NCBI GenBank assembly: GCA_014859605.1
Contig: JACUTW010000002.1
Location: forward strand, 17,711 to 81,710
DNA from: Desulfuromonadales bacterium
Lineage (GTDB): Bacteria > Desulfobacterota > Desulfuromonadia > Desulfuromonadales > UBA2197
Reading direction: 5' to 3'
DNA length: 64,000 bases
Both the position numbers and the translations under genes were made by a program. The notes beneath the pieces were generated by a model. It did not search any database. It saw only the letters and a list, made by a program, of their open reading frames with translations, and was not told where the DNA came from. This document shows positions 19,474 to 28,977 of the stretch, one piece after another (the stretch's first letter is position 1; each line of letters begins with the position of its first letter).

Positions 19474-19922
19474 AGCAGATCAAGAAGATCCTTTACGCCA
19501 CAGACTTGACGGAGAGATCCGAACCGGCCTTTGAGCAGGCGGAGATGCTGGCCAAACTTGCCGGTGCCGAGCTGCATATTCTGCATGTTGTCGCGGAAAT
19601 GGCCGACGCGCGGCGGGGAATGCTGCAGCCGGAGACCTTTGAGATCATGGAGAAAGAGGTGGAAACTCTGGCTCTCAAGGAGATGGATAACTTCTGTAAA
19701 AAAAGACTCAAAGGGAACAATTGCACGACCGAAGTGGTGATCGGGCTCCCTTATGAGCAGATCATCAAGCGGGCCCGGGAGATCAAGGCCGACCTCATCG
19801 TTGTCGGCACCCACGGACAAACAGCCTTAGAGCACATGCTGGTCGGCAGCACGGCGGAACGCGTTGTGCGCCGTTCGGAAATTCCCGTTCTGACCGTACG
19901 TGATTGTCGACCGACACGATGA
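19470..19922 (+). CDS. universal stress protein (UspA family)
   Basis: 150 aa. KKILYATDLTE and DLIVVGTHGQTALEHMLVGSTAERVVRRSEIPVLTV are canonical Usp ATP-binding motifs. Confidence 0.85.
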   Translation: MKQIKKILYATDLTERSEPAFEQAEMLAKLAGAELHILHVVAEMADARRGMLQPETFEIMEKEVETLALKEMDNFCKKRLKGNNCTTEVVIGLPYEQIIKRAREIKADLIVVGTHGQTALEHMLVGSTAERVVRRSEIPVLTVRDCRPTR

Positions 19923-20014
19923 CGGTGCCCCCTTTGTAACAGTAGCCGGATTCCCCACCCCTCCTGCCGCCCTTTACCCCGGCAGAGGGGTGGGGGATAA
20001 ACCCGTGAGTCCTG

Positions 20015-20962
20015 ATGCCTCTCCCTTTCTTCGAAATCCTCCTGATCGTCCTGCCGGTCTTTGTTGTCATTGGCCTTGGCTGGGTACTGTTGCGCATTGG
20101 TCTCATCGATAGTGAGTTCCTCCGGCAAACCAATCGCCTCGTCTATTACGTCTGTCTCCCCCTCCTCCTCTTTTACAAGATTGCCACCGCCGATTTTAGC
20201 AGCAACTTTAACGCGGCTTTGGTCGGGGCCTCGGCTTTGGCGATTGTTGCGGGATTTCTTATCTCTTATGTCTTTGCCTGGCTGCGTCACTATCCGCCCG
20301 CAGTCACCGGCGCTTTTTCTCAAGGATCATTTCGCGGCAATATTGCTTATGTCGGCCTCGCCATCGTCCTCAATGCCTATGGTGAAGCCGGGTTGACCAA
20401 GGCGAGCATGGTCATGGGTTTTATTGTCCCGGTCCTCAACTGGTTCGCCATCCTCGCCCTGCTGTTGCCGCATCGCGGCACGCCGGGAACCCACCCCAGC
20501 GGCGACTGGCGGCGAGCGCTCCTTTTGAACCCCCTTATTCTTGCCTCCCTTGCCGGCCTGGTCTGGAGTTTTCTGCAGCTGCCGATGCCGCGCCTCTTTG
20601 CCAGCAGCCTCCACCTTGCCAGCAGTATGACCCTCCCTCTTGCCCTCCTGGCCATCGGCGGCAGCTTTACCCCGCAACGATTGCGCGGCGATCTCTGGCG
20701 GGCCGGACTCGCCACCGCGATCAAACTGGTCATCGTCCCCCTCTGCGCTGCCGGCCTCCTTTGGCTCTTCGGCCTGCGCGGCATGGACCTCGGTATCGGC
20801 GTCCTCCTCGCGGCCACGCCGACCGCCACCGCCACTTACATTATGGCTGACCAGATGGGCGGAGATGCCGAACTCGCTGGTTCGATCATCATGCTTTCGA
20901 CCCTTGCCGCCGCCGTGACCTATACTCTGGCCCTCTTTCTGCTTCGTGCCGTCGGCGCGTAA
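20015..20962 (+). CDS. AEC (auxin efflux carrier) family transporter
   Basis: 315 aa, about 10 TM. N-terminal FFEILLIVLPVFVVIGLGW and the overall pattern are typical of the AEC/membrane transport family. Confidence 0.75.
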   Translation: MPLPFFEILLIVLPVFVVIGLGWVLLRIGLIDSEFLRQTNRLVYYVCLPLLLFYKIATADFSSNFNAALVGASALAIVAGFLISYVFAWLRHYPPAVTGAFSQGSFRGNIAYVGLAIVLNAYGEAGLTKASMVMGFIVPVLNWFAILALLLPHRGTPGTHPSGDWRRALLLNPLILASLAGLVWSFLQLPMPRLFASSLHLASSMTLPLALLAIGGSFTPQRLRGDLWRAGLATAIKLVIVPLCAAGLLWLFGLRGMDLGIGVLLAATPTATATYIMADQMGGDAELAGSIIMLSTLAAAVTYTLALFLLRAVGA

Positions 20963-21051
20963 AATCTTATTTATCGAAGAAAATTATCCCCTTGCATGCC
21001 GGTAGCGTTCATAATATCCTCGGCGGGATTTGACTGGAATCGGGAGGATTT

Positions 21052-22743
21052 ATGGCAGCAGGGAACGAAAGTGTTTCGTCCTTTTCACGACGACTGTTAA
21101 TCTTCACGACCATTGTCGGGTTTATCGCCGGCGTCGCCTTCCCCCCGATCGCCGCCTACATGGTCGGCCCCGACGCTTATAACTGGCCCTTTGTGGTGAC
21201 TTGTCTGGTGGCCGGGCAGACCTTCGGCGCCATTCTCTTTTTAACCATCCGCTCTTCCCTGACCCGCCAGCTCTGTCAATACCTCCATCTTTTACAATTA
21301 ATCTCTGAAGAGACGATCGTTGCCGACGGCAGTGTCGAAGCGCTTGAAACCTCACTGCAGAAAAGTGTCGACCATATCCGCCAGAACCTTGGCAACCTTT
21401 TGACCTGTATCGATACCTTCCTCCCGCATTATCAGGAACTAGCCCAGGCCAGCGGCTTCCTTTCCAACCGCACTGACCAGGGGCTCAGCGCTGCCCAGGC
21501 GGCCCGCGGCAACATTGAAACCCTCGCCGAAAAACAACGCCAGATTGCCGCCGAGATGGAGCTGCTGCTGCGCCGCAGCCGCGGTGAGACGGTGATCTCG
21601 CAACAACTCTCCAACGCCCTGCAAGAGATGGCGCAAGCGATGGAGCGTTCCAACGATCGTTTTCTCGAAACGACGGCAACGGTTGACGAAATGGCCGGGA
21701 GTGTGCGGCAGGTCGCCAGTGAATCCGAGCAGATTGCCCGGGCTGTCGAAGTGAGTGCGCATGATCTTGGCGGCATCGACGAATCGATGGCGCGGATTCG
21801 TGCCGAGGCGCAAAAAGGGGCCAATGCTGCCGAGTCACTGCGGGGTGATGCCGAAGAGGGGCTGGTTGTTGTCGATGCCGCCATCAGTGAAATGGAGCGG
21901 ATCGATCACGAAGGGGAGAAGACGCGCCTCGCCATGCAGCGTCTGGCGGTGCAGGCGGCGGCGGTGAACAAGATTATCAAGGTGATGAAAGAATTGGTCT
22001 CGGATACCGAGCTGTTAGCCTTTAATGCTGCAATCATTGCCGCCCAGGCCGGTGAAGAGGGGAAAGGGTTTGCCGTTGTCGCCGAAGAGATCGGCGATCT
22101 TGCCGGCCGTACTCGCGAAAACGCCCAGGAGATCGCCGGAATCGTCCAGGCGATTGCCACGGAGAGTGCCGACGTGACTGCCGCGGTCGCTGCCACCGGC
22201 GAGCGAATCGGCGCCGGCAAGGCGCAGTCCCGCAGCGCCGGCAATGCCCTGCGCAAGATTGTTGCCAGTTCCGCTGAAGCGGCGGCAACGACCGCCGCGA
22301 TTGTTGAAGTCACGGAAGAGCAGCAGGAACGCACCCGCACCCTCATTGCCGGGATGGCGCAAGGGACGAGTTCGGTGCGGGCGATTGCCCGGGCGATTCA
22401 TGAACAGCAGATTGCTATCGAGCGGATTCAGCACGGGGTGATCGACATGAAGGGAGCGTCCGACCGGATGGCGGAGGGGATGGAAGAGCAAATCTCGGCG
22501 AAACAGGCTTTTGACGCCGGCCTCTCTGAACGCGGCGAGCAGTTTAAGGCGATCAATGACGCCGTGCGCATGCAGCTGGCGATCAGTGAAAAGGTTCTGG
22601 AACATTTTTCCACCTCCGAGGAGCGCCTCAAGGGGAATGCCGCCCGTACCGCCACCATCGATCGCGAGATCCTGGCTCTCGAAGAGATCGGCAAGTCGCT
22701 GCAACAGGTGGCCGACCGTTACGGGGCGATGCAACGGCGGTAA
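21052..22743 (+). CDS. methyl-accepting chemotaxis protein
   Basis: Two N-terminal TM segments. C-terminal MCP signalling hairpin TELLAFNAAIIAAQAGEEGKGFAVVAEEIGDLAGRT. Confidence 0.85.
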   Translation: MAAGNESVSSFSRRLLIFTTIVGFIAGVAFPPIAAYMVGPDAYNWPFVVTCLVAGQTFGAILFLTIRSSLTRQLCQYLHLLQLISEETIVADGSVEALETSLQKSVDHIRQNLGNLLTCIDTFLPHYQELAQASGFLSNRTDQGLSAAQAARGNIETLAEKQRQIAAEMELLLRRSRGETVISQQLSNALQEMAQAMERSNDRFLETTATVDEMAGSVRQVASESEQIARAVEVSAHDLGGIDESMARIRAEAQKGANAAESLRGDAEEGLVVVDAAISEMERIDHEGEKTRLAMQRLAVQAAAVNKIIKVMKELVSDTELLAFNAAIIAAQAGEEGKGFAVVAEEIGDLAGRTRENAQEIAGIVQAIATESADVTAAVAATGERIGAGKAQSRSAGNALRKIVASSAEAAATTAAIVEVTEEQQERTRTLIAGMAQGTSSVRAIARAIHEQQIAIERIQHGVIDMKGASDRMAEGMEEQISAKQAFDAGLSERGEQFKAINDAVRMQLAISEKVLEHFSTSEERLKGNAARTATIDREILALEEIGKSLQQVADRYGAMQRR

Positions 22744-22748
22744 AATCT

Positions 22749-22836
22749 ACCACCCCTAGCCCCTCCTTGACTAAGGAGGGGAACTGTACGCTTTAACCTC
22801 CCCTCCTTTTTTAAGGAGGGGTCGGGGGTGGTCGCC
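22749..22836. repeat. two inverted copies of a REP-like hairpin element (CCCCTCCTT-loop-AAGGAGGGG plus GGGGGTGGT tail)
   Basis: Copy A stem is 22760-22768/22773-22781 with the tail complement ACCACCCC at its left. Copy B stem is 22800-22808/22813-22821 with tail TCGGGGGTGGTC. A third copy lies at 26986-27025. Confidence 0.75.
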
Positions 22837-24239
22837 TTAATGCGCTTCCCGCTACTTCTTTCCTTGCCGGGGCGAAAATTTTTTTGGCCCTATCGACACC
22901 GTCCTCCCCAAAACGTTTCTCCCGATGCCATATAAAGTCAAGGCTAGCCGTTAATATTTCCTTCAGTATTTACGGTTATGAATTTATGTGTTAATAAGAT
23001 TGAAATACTATTAACGGATAATGCCGATGAGAAGACAAGACCTCAGCCCGGAACGGCAGCAATTACTCGTTCCCCTCACTTCGCATCCAGGGGCGTATGG
23101 TTTGGTTCCACCGCCAACCCCTCTTCATCTCAGTCTGTCGGGCTTGAGAGGTGAGATAACCAGAGCGCATGAGGCCCTGGGGCGACTCCAAGCGGCCACG
23201 GCCTCTCTGCCGAACCGCAATCTTGTGACACGAACCTTCGATCGGCGGGAAGCCGTCCGAAGCAGCCAGATCGAAGGGACCGGATCGGACGTCAACGACC
23301 TCTACACCTACGAAGCCACCGGCAGCGATGCCGGACTGTCGCAGGACGTCGTGGTGACATTGAACTATGTCAAGACCCTTGATTTCGGACTGCAGGAGGT
23401 TACACGGCAAGGTGCCGCTGTGTTGACCACCTCCTTTATTCAGGAGCTGCATGTGCGCCTTATGGATGACGTGCAGGGATACACCGATGTCCCAGGCAGG
23501 CTCAGAAACAGGCAGAACTGGATAGCAGGTCTCAGGATCTACGATGCCAAGTTCGTTCCGCCGCCACCGGATCGCGTGCCGGGATGCCTGGAGGATCTGG
23601 TCTATGCACTCCAGAACCCCACTCAAGAGGAATCGTTTTTCGAGACCCCGCTGGTGATGAGGATGGCGATCGCACACGCGCAGTTTGAAACCATCCACCC
23701 CTTCATGGACGGCAACGGCCGCGTCGGCAGGATACTCCTCACCCTGATGCTTGCCGCAGAAGGGTACCCGCCGGTCTATCTTGCCGGATTCCTGAAGGCA
23801 AACCAGGAGGACTACTACGAGACCCTCGGTCAGGTGCAATTACGGGGAGAATGGACCGAATGGGTGAGATTCCTCGCCACTGGCGTTGAGGTGGCGTGTC
23901 GCGAATCGATAGAAACCGCGACTGAGCTCACCGCGATTTTGGAGAAGTGGAAGACAGCGGTCACTGGCTTGAACCTGCGCGCGGATGCGGCGGCCTATCG
24001 GCTGCCTGAGCTCCTCATTGGAACCCCGGTGGTGACAGTGAACCAGGTAGCAAAGGGGCTGGGGGTGGCATTCCCGGCAGCGAACCGCGCGTTGATCCAA
24101 CTGCAGGATCTCGGTATCCTCGATTCAGTGAAAGAGCAAAAGCGAAATCGGCTCTTTGTTGCCCGCAAGGTGATAGATGTGTTGGATCGTCCGACTATTC
24201 CGGAGATGTTTTGACGAGGTATTCTCCATTTTTTTGAAG
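22837..24239. mobile_element. putative integrated islet (Fic cassette) bounded by a duplicated polA 3' terminus; no integrase present
   Basis: TTAATGCGCTTCCCGC at 22837-22852 is identical to the real polA stop region at 24240-24255 (24/27 identity over 27 nt). The islet carries only the Fic gene and an AT-rich promoter region. Confidence 0.4.
23021..24214 (+). CDS. Fic family protein (AMPylase-type, with N-terminal inhibitory motif and C-terminal wHTH-like region)
   Basis: Fic active-site motif HPFMDGNGRVGR. SSQIEG matches the [ST]xxxE[GN] auto-inhibition motif. 397 aa. Confidence 0.9.
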   Translation: MPMRRQDLSPERQQLLVPLTSHPGAYGLVPPPTPLHLSLSGLRGEITRAHEALGRLQAATASLPNRNLVTRTFDRREAVRSSQIEGTGSDVNDLYTYEATGSDAGLSQDVVVTLNYVKTLDFGLQEVTRQGAAVLTTSFIQELHVRLMDDVQGYTDVPGRLRNRQNWIAGLRIYDAKFVPPPPDRVPGCLEDLVYALQNPTQEESFFETPLVMRMAIAHAQFETIHPFMDGNGRVGRILLTLMLAAEGYPPVYLAGFLKANQEDYYETLGQVQLRGEWTEWVRFLATGVEVACRESIETATELTAILEKWKTAVTGLNLRADAAAYRLPELLIGTPVVTVNQVAKGLGVAFPAANRALIQLQDLGILDSVKEQKRNRLFVARKVIDVLDRPTIPEMF

Positions 24240-26912
24240 TTAATGCGCTTCCCGCCAGTTCTTCCCGACTCCGACCGCGACCGTCAGCGGCACTGAAAGC
24301 GCCATTGCCCCTTCCATCTCCTCCTTGACCAATTTCTGTATAATCTCTACCTCCGCCAGCGGCACATCGAAGACGAGTTCATCGTGTACCTGCAGCAACA
24401 GCTTGCTTCTCAGCCCTTCCTTCTTCATCCGCCCGAAAACATTGAGCATCGCCACCTTGATGATATCCGCCGCTGAGCCTTGCACCGGGTAGTTGACGGC
24501 ATTGCGCTCAGCATAGGCGCGGATGCCGCCGTTGCTGCTGTGGATGTCGGGGACGGCACAGCGCCGACCGAGGATGGTGGTGACATAGAGCAGCTCGCGG
24601 GCCTCGGCCTGTTTGGCGGCGATAAAGTCCTTGACCCGGCTGTAGCGGGCAAAGTAGCTGTCAATGAAGTGCTGCGCGGTTTTGCGATCGACGTTAAGAT
24701 CCTTGGCGAGACTGAAGGCGCCCATGCCGTAAAGGACGGCGAAGTTGATGGTCTTGGCCTGGCGGCGCTGTTCGCTCGTCACCAACTCCGGGAAGATACC
24801 GAAGATCTCGCTGGCGGTGCGGCGGTGGATATCTTCGTCGTGCAGAAAGCTCTCCTTGAGGGCAGGCTCGTCAGCGAGATGGGCGAGGACGCGCAGTTCG
24901 ATCTGCGAATAATCGGCGCAGAGGAGGAGATTCCCTTGCGCCGGGATAAAGGCTTCGCGGATACGTGCCCCTTCTTCGCTGCGGATCGGGATATTCTGCA
25001 GATTCGGATCGCTCGATGACAAGCGGCCGGTGACGGTGATCGCTTGGTTGAAGGAGGTGTGAATCCGCCCGGTCTCGGGATGAATCAGCTTCGGCAGGGC
25101 GTCGGTGTAAGTCCCCTTGAGTTTGGCCAGGGAACGGTAATCGAGGAGGCGGCTGGCGATGATATGCTCGGCGGCAAGATCATTGAGGACATCGACGTCT
25201 GTCGACCAGCCGCTCTTGGTCTTCTTCCCCTTCGGGAGCTGGAGTTTTTCAAAGAGGATCTCGCCAAGCTGCTTCGGTGAAGCAATATTGAAGGGGGTGC
25301 CGGCGAGTTCATGGATTTCCGTTTCGAGGCGGGCGAGTTTGATTTCGATCTCGCGGGAGAGGCCGGCAAGGAGTTCGGCATCGACGCGAATGCCGTTCCA
25401 CTCCATCTCCGCCAGAATCACTGAGAGCGGCATCTCCACCTGATGAAAGAGGTACTCCTGGCCACTCTCCACCAGTAAGGGGGCAAGAAATTCGTAAAGG
25501 CGCCAGGTAACATCGGCATCCTCAGCGGCATAAACGATCGCCTTCTCGATCTCGACTTCGCTGAAGCAGACGCGCTTCTTGCCGGTCCCGGTCATCTCAT
25601 CGTAGGTGATGGTCTTGTAGTCGAGGAGTTCGGCGGCGAGGGCATCCATGCCGTGCGATTTGCTGGTGGGATTGGTCAGGTAGGAAGCGAGCATGGTGTC
25701 GAAATCGAGCCCGGCGACGGTAATCCCGGCGCGGCGGAGAACCAGAGTATCGAACTTGCCATTCTGGGCGACCTTGAGGCGTTGTGGATCGGTCAAGAGC
25801 GGCCGCAAACGTTCCAGAACGACGGCAACATCGAGTTGCACCGGCATACCGAGGTAATGGTGGCGCAGCGGGATGTACCAGCCGCTTTTGGCTTGAGTGG
25901 CAAAGGAGAGACCGACGAGATCGGCACGCAAGGGATCGAGTCCGGTCGTCTCGGTATCGAAGGCAAAGGCCGGGGCGGCGTTCAGCTCTTGCACGAGTTC
26001 GTCCAGATCGGCCAGGGTCAGCACCCCCCGGTAGTTGGAACTGTCGCTCGATTCGGCGCTGGAGAAGGTGTTGAGGAGTTTATGGAACTCCAGCTCTTTG
26101 AAGAGGGCGGTAAGGGCGGGGCGGTTCGGCTCACGCGGCGCCAGGGATTCCAAGTCGTAGGCAATCGGCAGGTCGTCGATGAGGGTAACAAGCTGCCGGC
26201 TGAGGCGCGCCTGCTGCGCAAAGGTTTCGAGATTTTCGCGTTGCTTCCCCTTGAGCTTGTCGGTGTTGGCGAGGAGATTCTCCACCGTCTTGAACTCCTG
26301 AATCAGCTTGACTGCCGTCTTCTCGCCGATGCCGGGGACACCGGGGACATTATCGGAAGAGTCGCCGGCCAGGGCCTGCACCTCAATGACGATCGATGGC
26401 GGCCCGCCGAAGCGCTCGGCGACTTCGGCCATGCCGGTGAACTTCTCCTTCATGGTGTCGAGGAGGCGCACCTGCGGGGTGACGGTCTGCATCAGATCCT
26501 TGTCGCCGGTGACGATCGTCACTTTCAACTCGTCACTGGCAAAGCGTTTCGCTAAAGTGGCAATCAGATCATCGGCTTCAAAACCGGCTTCTTCGAGGAC
26601 CGGCAGGTTGAGGGCGGCGACGACCTCCTTGATCTTGGGGATCTGCGGGATGAGATCGTCCGGCATCGAAATCCGGTTCGCTTTGTAGGCAGGATAAAGC
26701 TCCTTGCGGAAGGTCGGCCCGCGCGGATCGAAGACAACCGCCAGGTAATCGGGCTGCTCGTCGCGGACGATCTTGAGGAGCATAGTGGTAAAGCCGTAGA
26801 TGGCGTTGGTCGGAAAGCCCTTGCCGTTGGAGAGGTGGCGGATGGCGTAATAAGCGCGATAGATGTAGCTGGAGCCGTCGATGAGATACAGCCGTTTGCA
26901 TTGGTCAGACAT
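24240..26912 (-). CDS. polA: DNA polymerase I
   Basis: 5'-nuclease (LYLIDGSSYIYRAYYA), 3'-5' exo, and pol domain motifs (DYSQIELRVLAH, RRQAKTINFAVLYG, LQVHDELVF). Start preferred at ATG 26912 (MSDQCKRLY); the table start is 26951. Confidence 0.95.
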   Translation of the reverse strand: MSDQCKRLYLIDGSSYIYRAYYAIRHLSNGKGFPTNAIYGFTTMLLKIVRDEQPDYLAVVFDPRGPTFRKELYPAYKANRISMPDDLIPQIPKIKEVVAALNLPVLEEAGFEADDLIATLAKRFASDELKVTIVTGDKDLMQTVTPQVRLLDTMKEKFTGMAEVAERFGGPPSIVIEVQALAGDSSDNVPGVPGIGEKTAVKLIQEFKTVENLLANTDKLKGKQRENLETFAQQARLSRQLVTLIDDLPIAYDLESLAPREPNRPALTALFKELEFHKLLNTFSSAESSDSSNYRGVLTLADLDELVQELNAAPAFAFDTETTGLDPLRADLVGLSFATQAKSGWYIPLRHHYLGMPVQLDVAVVLERLRPLLTDPQRLKVAQNGKFDTLVLRRAGITVAGLDFDTMLASYLTNPTSKSHGMDALAAELLDYKTITYDEMTGTGKKRVCFSEVEIEKAIVYAAEDADVTWRLYEFLAPLLVESGQEYLFHQVEMPLSVILAEMEWNGIRVDAELLAGLSREIEIKLARLETEIHELAGTPFNIASPKQLGEILFEKLQLPKGKKTKSGWSTDVDVLNDLAAEHIIASRLLDYRSLAKLKGTYTDALPKLIHPETGRIHTSFNQAITVTGRLSSSDPNLQNIPIRSEEGARIREAFIPAQGNLLLCADYSQIELRVLAHLADEPALKESFLHDEDIHRRTASEIFGIFPELVTSEQRRQAKTINFAVLYGMGAFSLAKDLNVDRKTAQHFIDSYFARYSRVKDFIAAKQAEARELLYVTTILGRRCAVPDIHSSNGGIRAYAERNAVNYPVQGSAADIIKVAMLNVFGRMKKEGLRSKLLLQVHDELVFDVPLAEVEIIQKLVKEEMEGAMALSVPLTVAVGVGKNWREAH

Positions 26913-26985
26913 GGGGAGCCTCGCGGGAATAGAATGGCCGGAGTATTTCACAGGCGGGGGAAAAGGTAAAAAGGTTTTGTCAGGT

Positions 26986-27025
26986 TAACTCCCCTCCTGC
27001 CTGAGGAGGGGCTGGGGGTGGTCAG
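26986..27025. repeat. third copy of the REP-like hairpin element
   Basis: ACTCCCCTCCT-gcctg-AGGAGGGGCTGGGGGTGGTCAG, same orientation as copy B at 22796-22836. Lies 74 nt upstream of the polA start. Confidence 0.75.
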
Positions 27026-27162
27026 TTCAGATTTTCTTAGCGAGAGAGGGGGGACGCTGCTTGTTATTTTTCTATTGAGTGAAAATTCGGGGACATTCTC
27101 TTTGACGTTTCCTGTAAAGGCTGTTATCGTTTTCGAAAGAGTGTAATCACTGGAGGTGTATT

Positions 27163-27408
27163 ATGGTCAGAACTCAAATCCAATTACCAGAAGAACAGGT
27201 CTCGACCCTTAAAAATCTTGCCACGCAGCAACATACTTCGATGGCAGAACTGATCCGCAGGGCGATCGATATGTTTACCGCGTCAACGGATACGGTGAGC
27301 CTGCAAGATCATCGCCAACGGGCATTGGCGGCAGCTGGGAAGTTCCGTTCCGGGCATGGCGACCTCTCTGCCAAGCATGACCACTATCTCGCCGAGGTTT
27401 ACAAATGA
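27163..27408 (+). CDS. vapB: ribbon-helix-helix (CopG-like) antitoxin
   Basis: 81 aa. MVRTQIQLPEEQVSTLKNLA...MAELIRRAID RHH pattern. 4-nt overlap with the downstream PIN gene. Confidence 0.75.
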   Translation: MVRTQIQLPEEQVSTLKNLATQQHTSMAELIRRAIDMFTASTDTVSLQDHRQRALAAAGKFRSGHGDLSAKHDHYLAEVYK

Positions 27409-27809
27409 AGAGGATCTTCATCGATACCTCTGCCTTTCTCGCCGTCCTTGACGCCGACGATGACTATCACTCCTCGGCAAAGAGCGCATGGGGTGAGATA
27501 CTGACATCCGGATCTCTGTTGGTGGCCAGTAATTACATTCTGATTGAAACCTTTGCTCTGGTACAGAATCGGCTGGGACTTCAGGCGATCAGAGCCTTTC
27601 AGGAAGACATCGTCCCGCTCCTCTCGATCCGGTGGGTCGATGCATCCATTCATGCCGCTGCGACTAGTGCCTTGCTGGCGGCCAACAGAAAGAAGCTCAG
27701 TTTGGTCGATTGTGTTTCGTTCGAAGTCATGCGCCATGCGGCCATCAAGTCGGTCTTTACCTTTGACCGCCATTTTCAGGAGCAGGGTTTTGTCTGTGTG
27801 CCGAAATAA
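27405..27809 (+). CDS. vapC: PIN-domain ribonuclease toxin
   Basis: 134 aa. MKRIFIDTSAFLAVLDADD (first acidic PIN residue), later D/E positions (LVDCVSFEVM, FTFDRHF). Confidence 0.85.
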   Translation: MKRIFIDTSAFLAVLDADDDYHSSAKSAWGEILTSGSLLVASNYILIETFALVQNRLGLQAIRAFQEDIVPLLSIRWVDASIHAAATSALLAANRKKLSLVDCVSFEVMRHAAIKSVFTFDRHFQEQGFVCVPK

Positions 27810-27890
27810 TCACCGAAACACCGATGATTTACTCTCCACAGAGGAAAAGCACTTATCGCTAGGTCGCATTCTCAGGAGAACAGAGAAAAC

Positions 27891-28916
27891 ATGACGAAAC
27901 CTCAAAAACTCCAGATCCGAAACAGCACGGCGGAATTTCTGATTTTTTCCCGACAAGCTGGTGAAAATACCATCGAAGTGCGCGTTGAAGATGAGACCGT
28001 CTGGCTGACGCAAAAGCTGATGGCAGTGCTGTTTGAAGTCGATGTGCGGACGGTCAATGAGCATTTGAGCAATATCTATCAATCGGGTGAAGTGCTTCGG
28101 GATGCAACTATCCGGAAATTCCGGATAGTTCAAAAAGAAGGAGAGCGGGAGGTGTCGCGAACTGTCGATTTTTACAGCCTCGACGCCATTATCTCCGTCG
28201 GCTTTCGCGTCAACTCGGCGCGAGCCACCCAGTTTCGCCAGTGGGCCACCGGTATTTTGCGCGATTTCGCCATCCGGGGTTATGTCCTGGACAAGGAGCG
28301 CCTCAAGAACGGGCAGTTCTTCAGCCAGGAGTATTTTGATGCCCTGATCGCTGAAATTCGCGAGATTCGCGCCAGCGAGCGAAAGTTCTACCAAAAGATC
28401 ACAGACATTTATGCCACGGCCATGGATTACCGCGCCGATAGCGAAACGACCCGTACCTTTTTTGCCACGGTTCAGAACAAGCTTCATTTTGCCATACACG
28501 GACAGACGGCTGCCGAGCTGATCGTCAAACGTGCCGACCACAAGAAAGAACGGATGGGGCTGACTTCCTGGAAGAACGCTCCGGACGGCAAGATTATCAA
28601 AACCGATGTGGTCGTTGCCAAGAACTATCTGAACGAAAAAGAGCTGAAATCTCTCGATCGTTTTGTCACCATGTATCTCGACTACGCCGAAGATCAGGCC
28701 GAGCGCAACATCCCCATGACCATGGCGGATTGGGCGAGCAAGCTAAATGCCTTTCTCCAGTTCAATGAACGGGAGATCCTCGACAATCCTGGAAAAGTCA
28801 CCCAGGAAATTGCTAAAGCCTTTGCTGAAAGTGAATTTGAAAAGTTTCGGGTCGTTCAGGATCGGCTTTTTGAGTCAGATTTTGACAAACAAATCAGGCT
28901 GTTGCTGAAAAAATAA
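27891..28916 (+). CDS. rhuM: RhuM-family (virulence/Fic-DOC-associated) protein
   Basis: 341 aa. N-terminal IEVRVEDETVWLTQKLMAVLFEVDVRTVNEHLSNIY and FRQWAT..LRDFAIRGYVLD blocks are characteristic of the RhuM family. Confidence 0.8.
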   Translation: MTKPQKLQIRNSTAEFLIFSRQAGENTIEVRVEDETVWLTQKLMAVLFEVDVRTVNEHLSNIYQSGEVLRDATIRKFRIVQKEGEREVSRTVDFYSLDAIISVGFRVNSARATQFRQWATGILRDFAIRGYVLDKERLKNGQFFSQEYFDALIAEIREIRASERKFYQKITDIYATAMDYRADSETTRTFFATVQNKLHFAIHGQTAAELIVKRADHKKERMGLTSWKNAPDGKIIKTDVVVAKNYLNEKELKSLDRFVTMYLDYAEDQAERNIPMTMADWASKLNAFLQFNEREILDNPGKVTQEIAKAFAESEFEKFRVVQDRLFESDFDKQIRLLLKK

Positions 28917-28977
28917 TTTTGAATGAAATTCATTCTTTCCATCGTCGCCCTGCTGCTTACAGTCGGGCGATCTGTCT

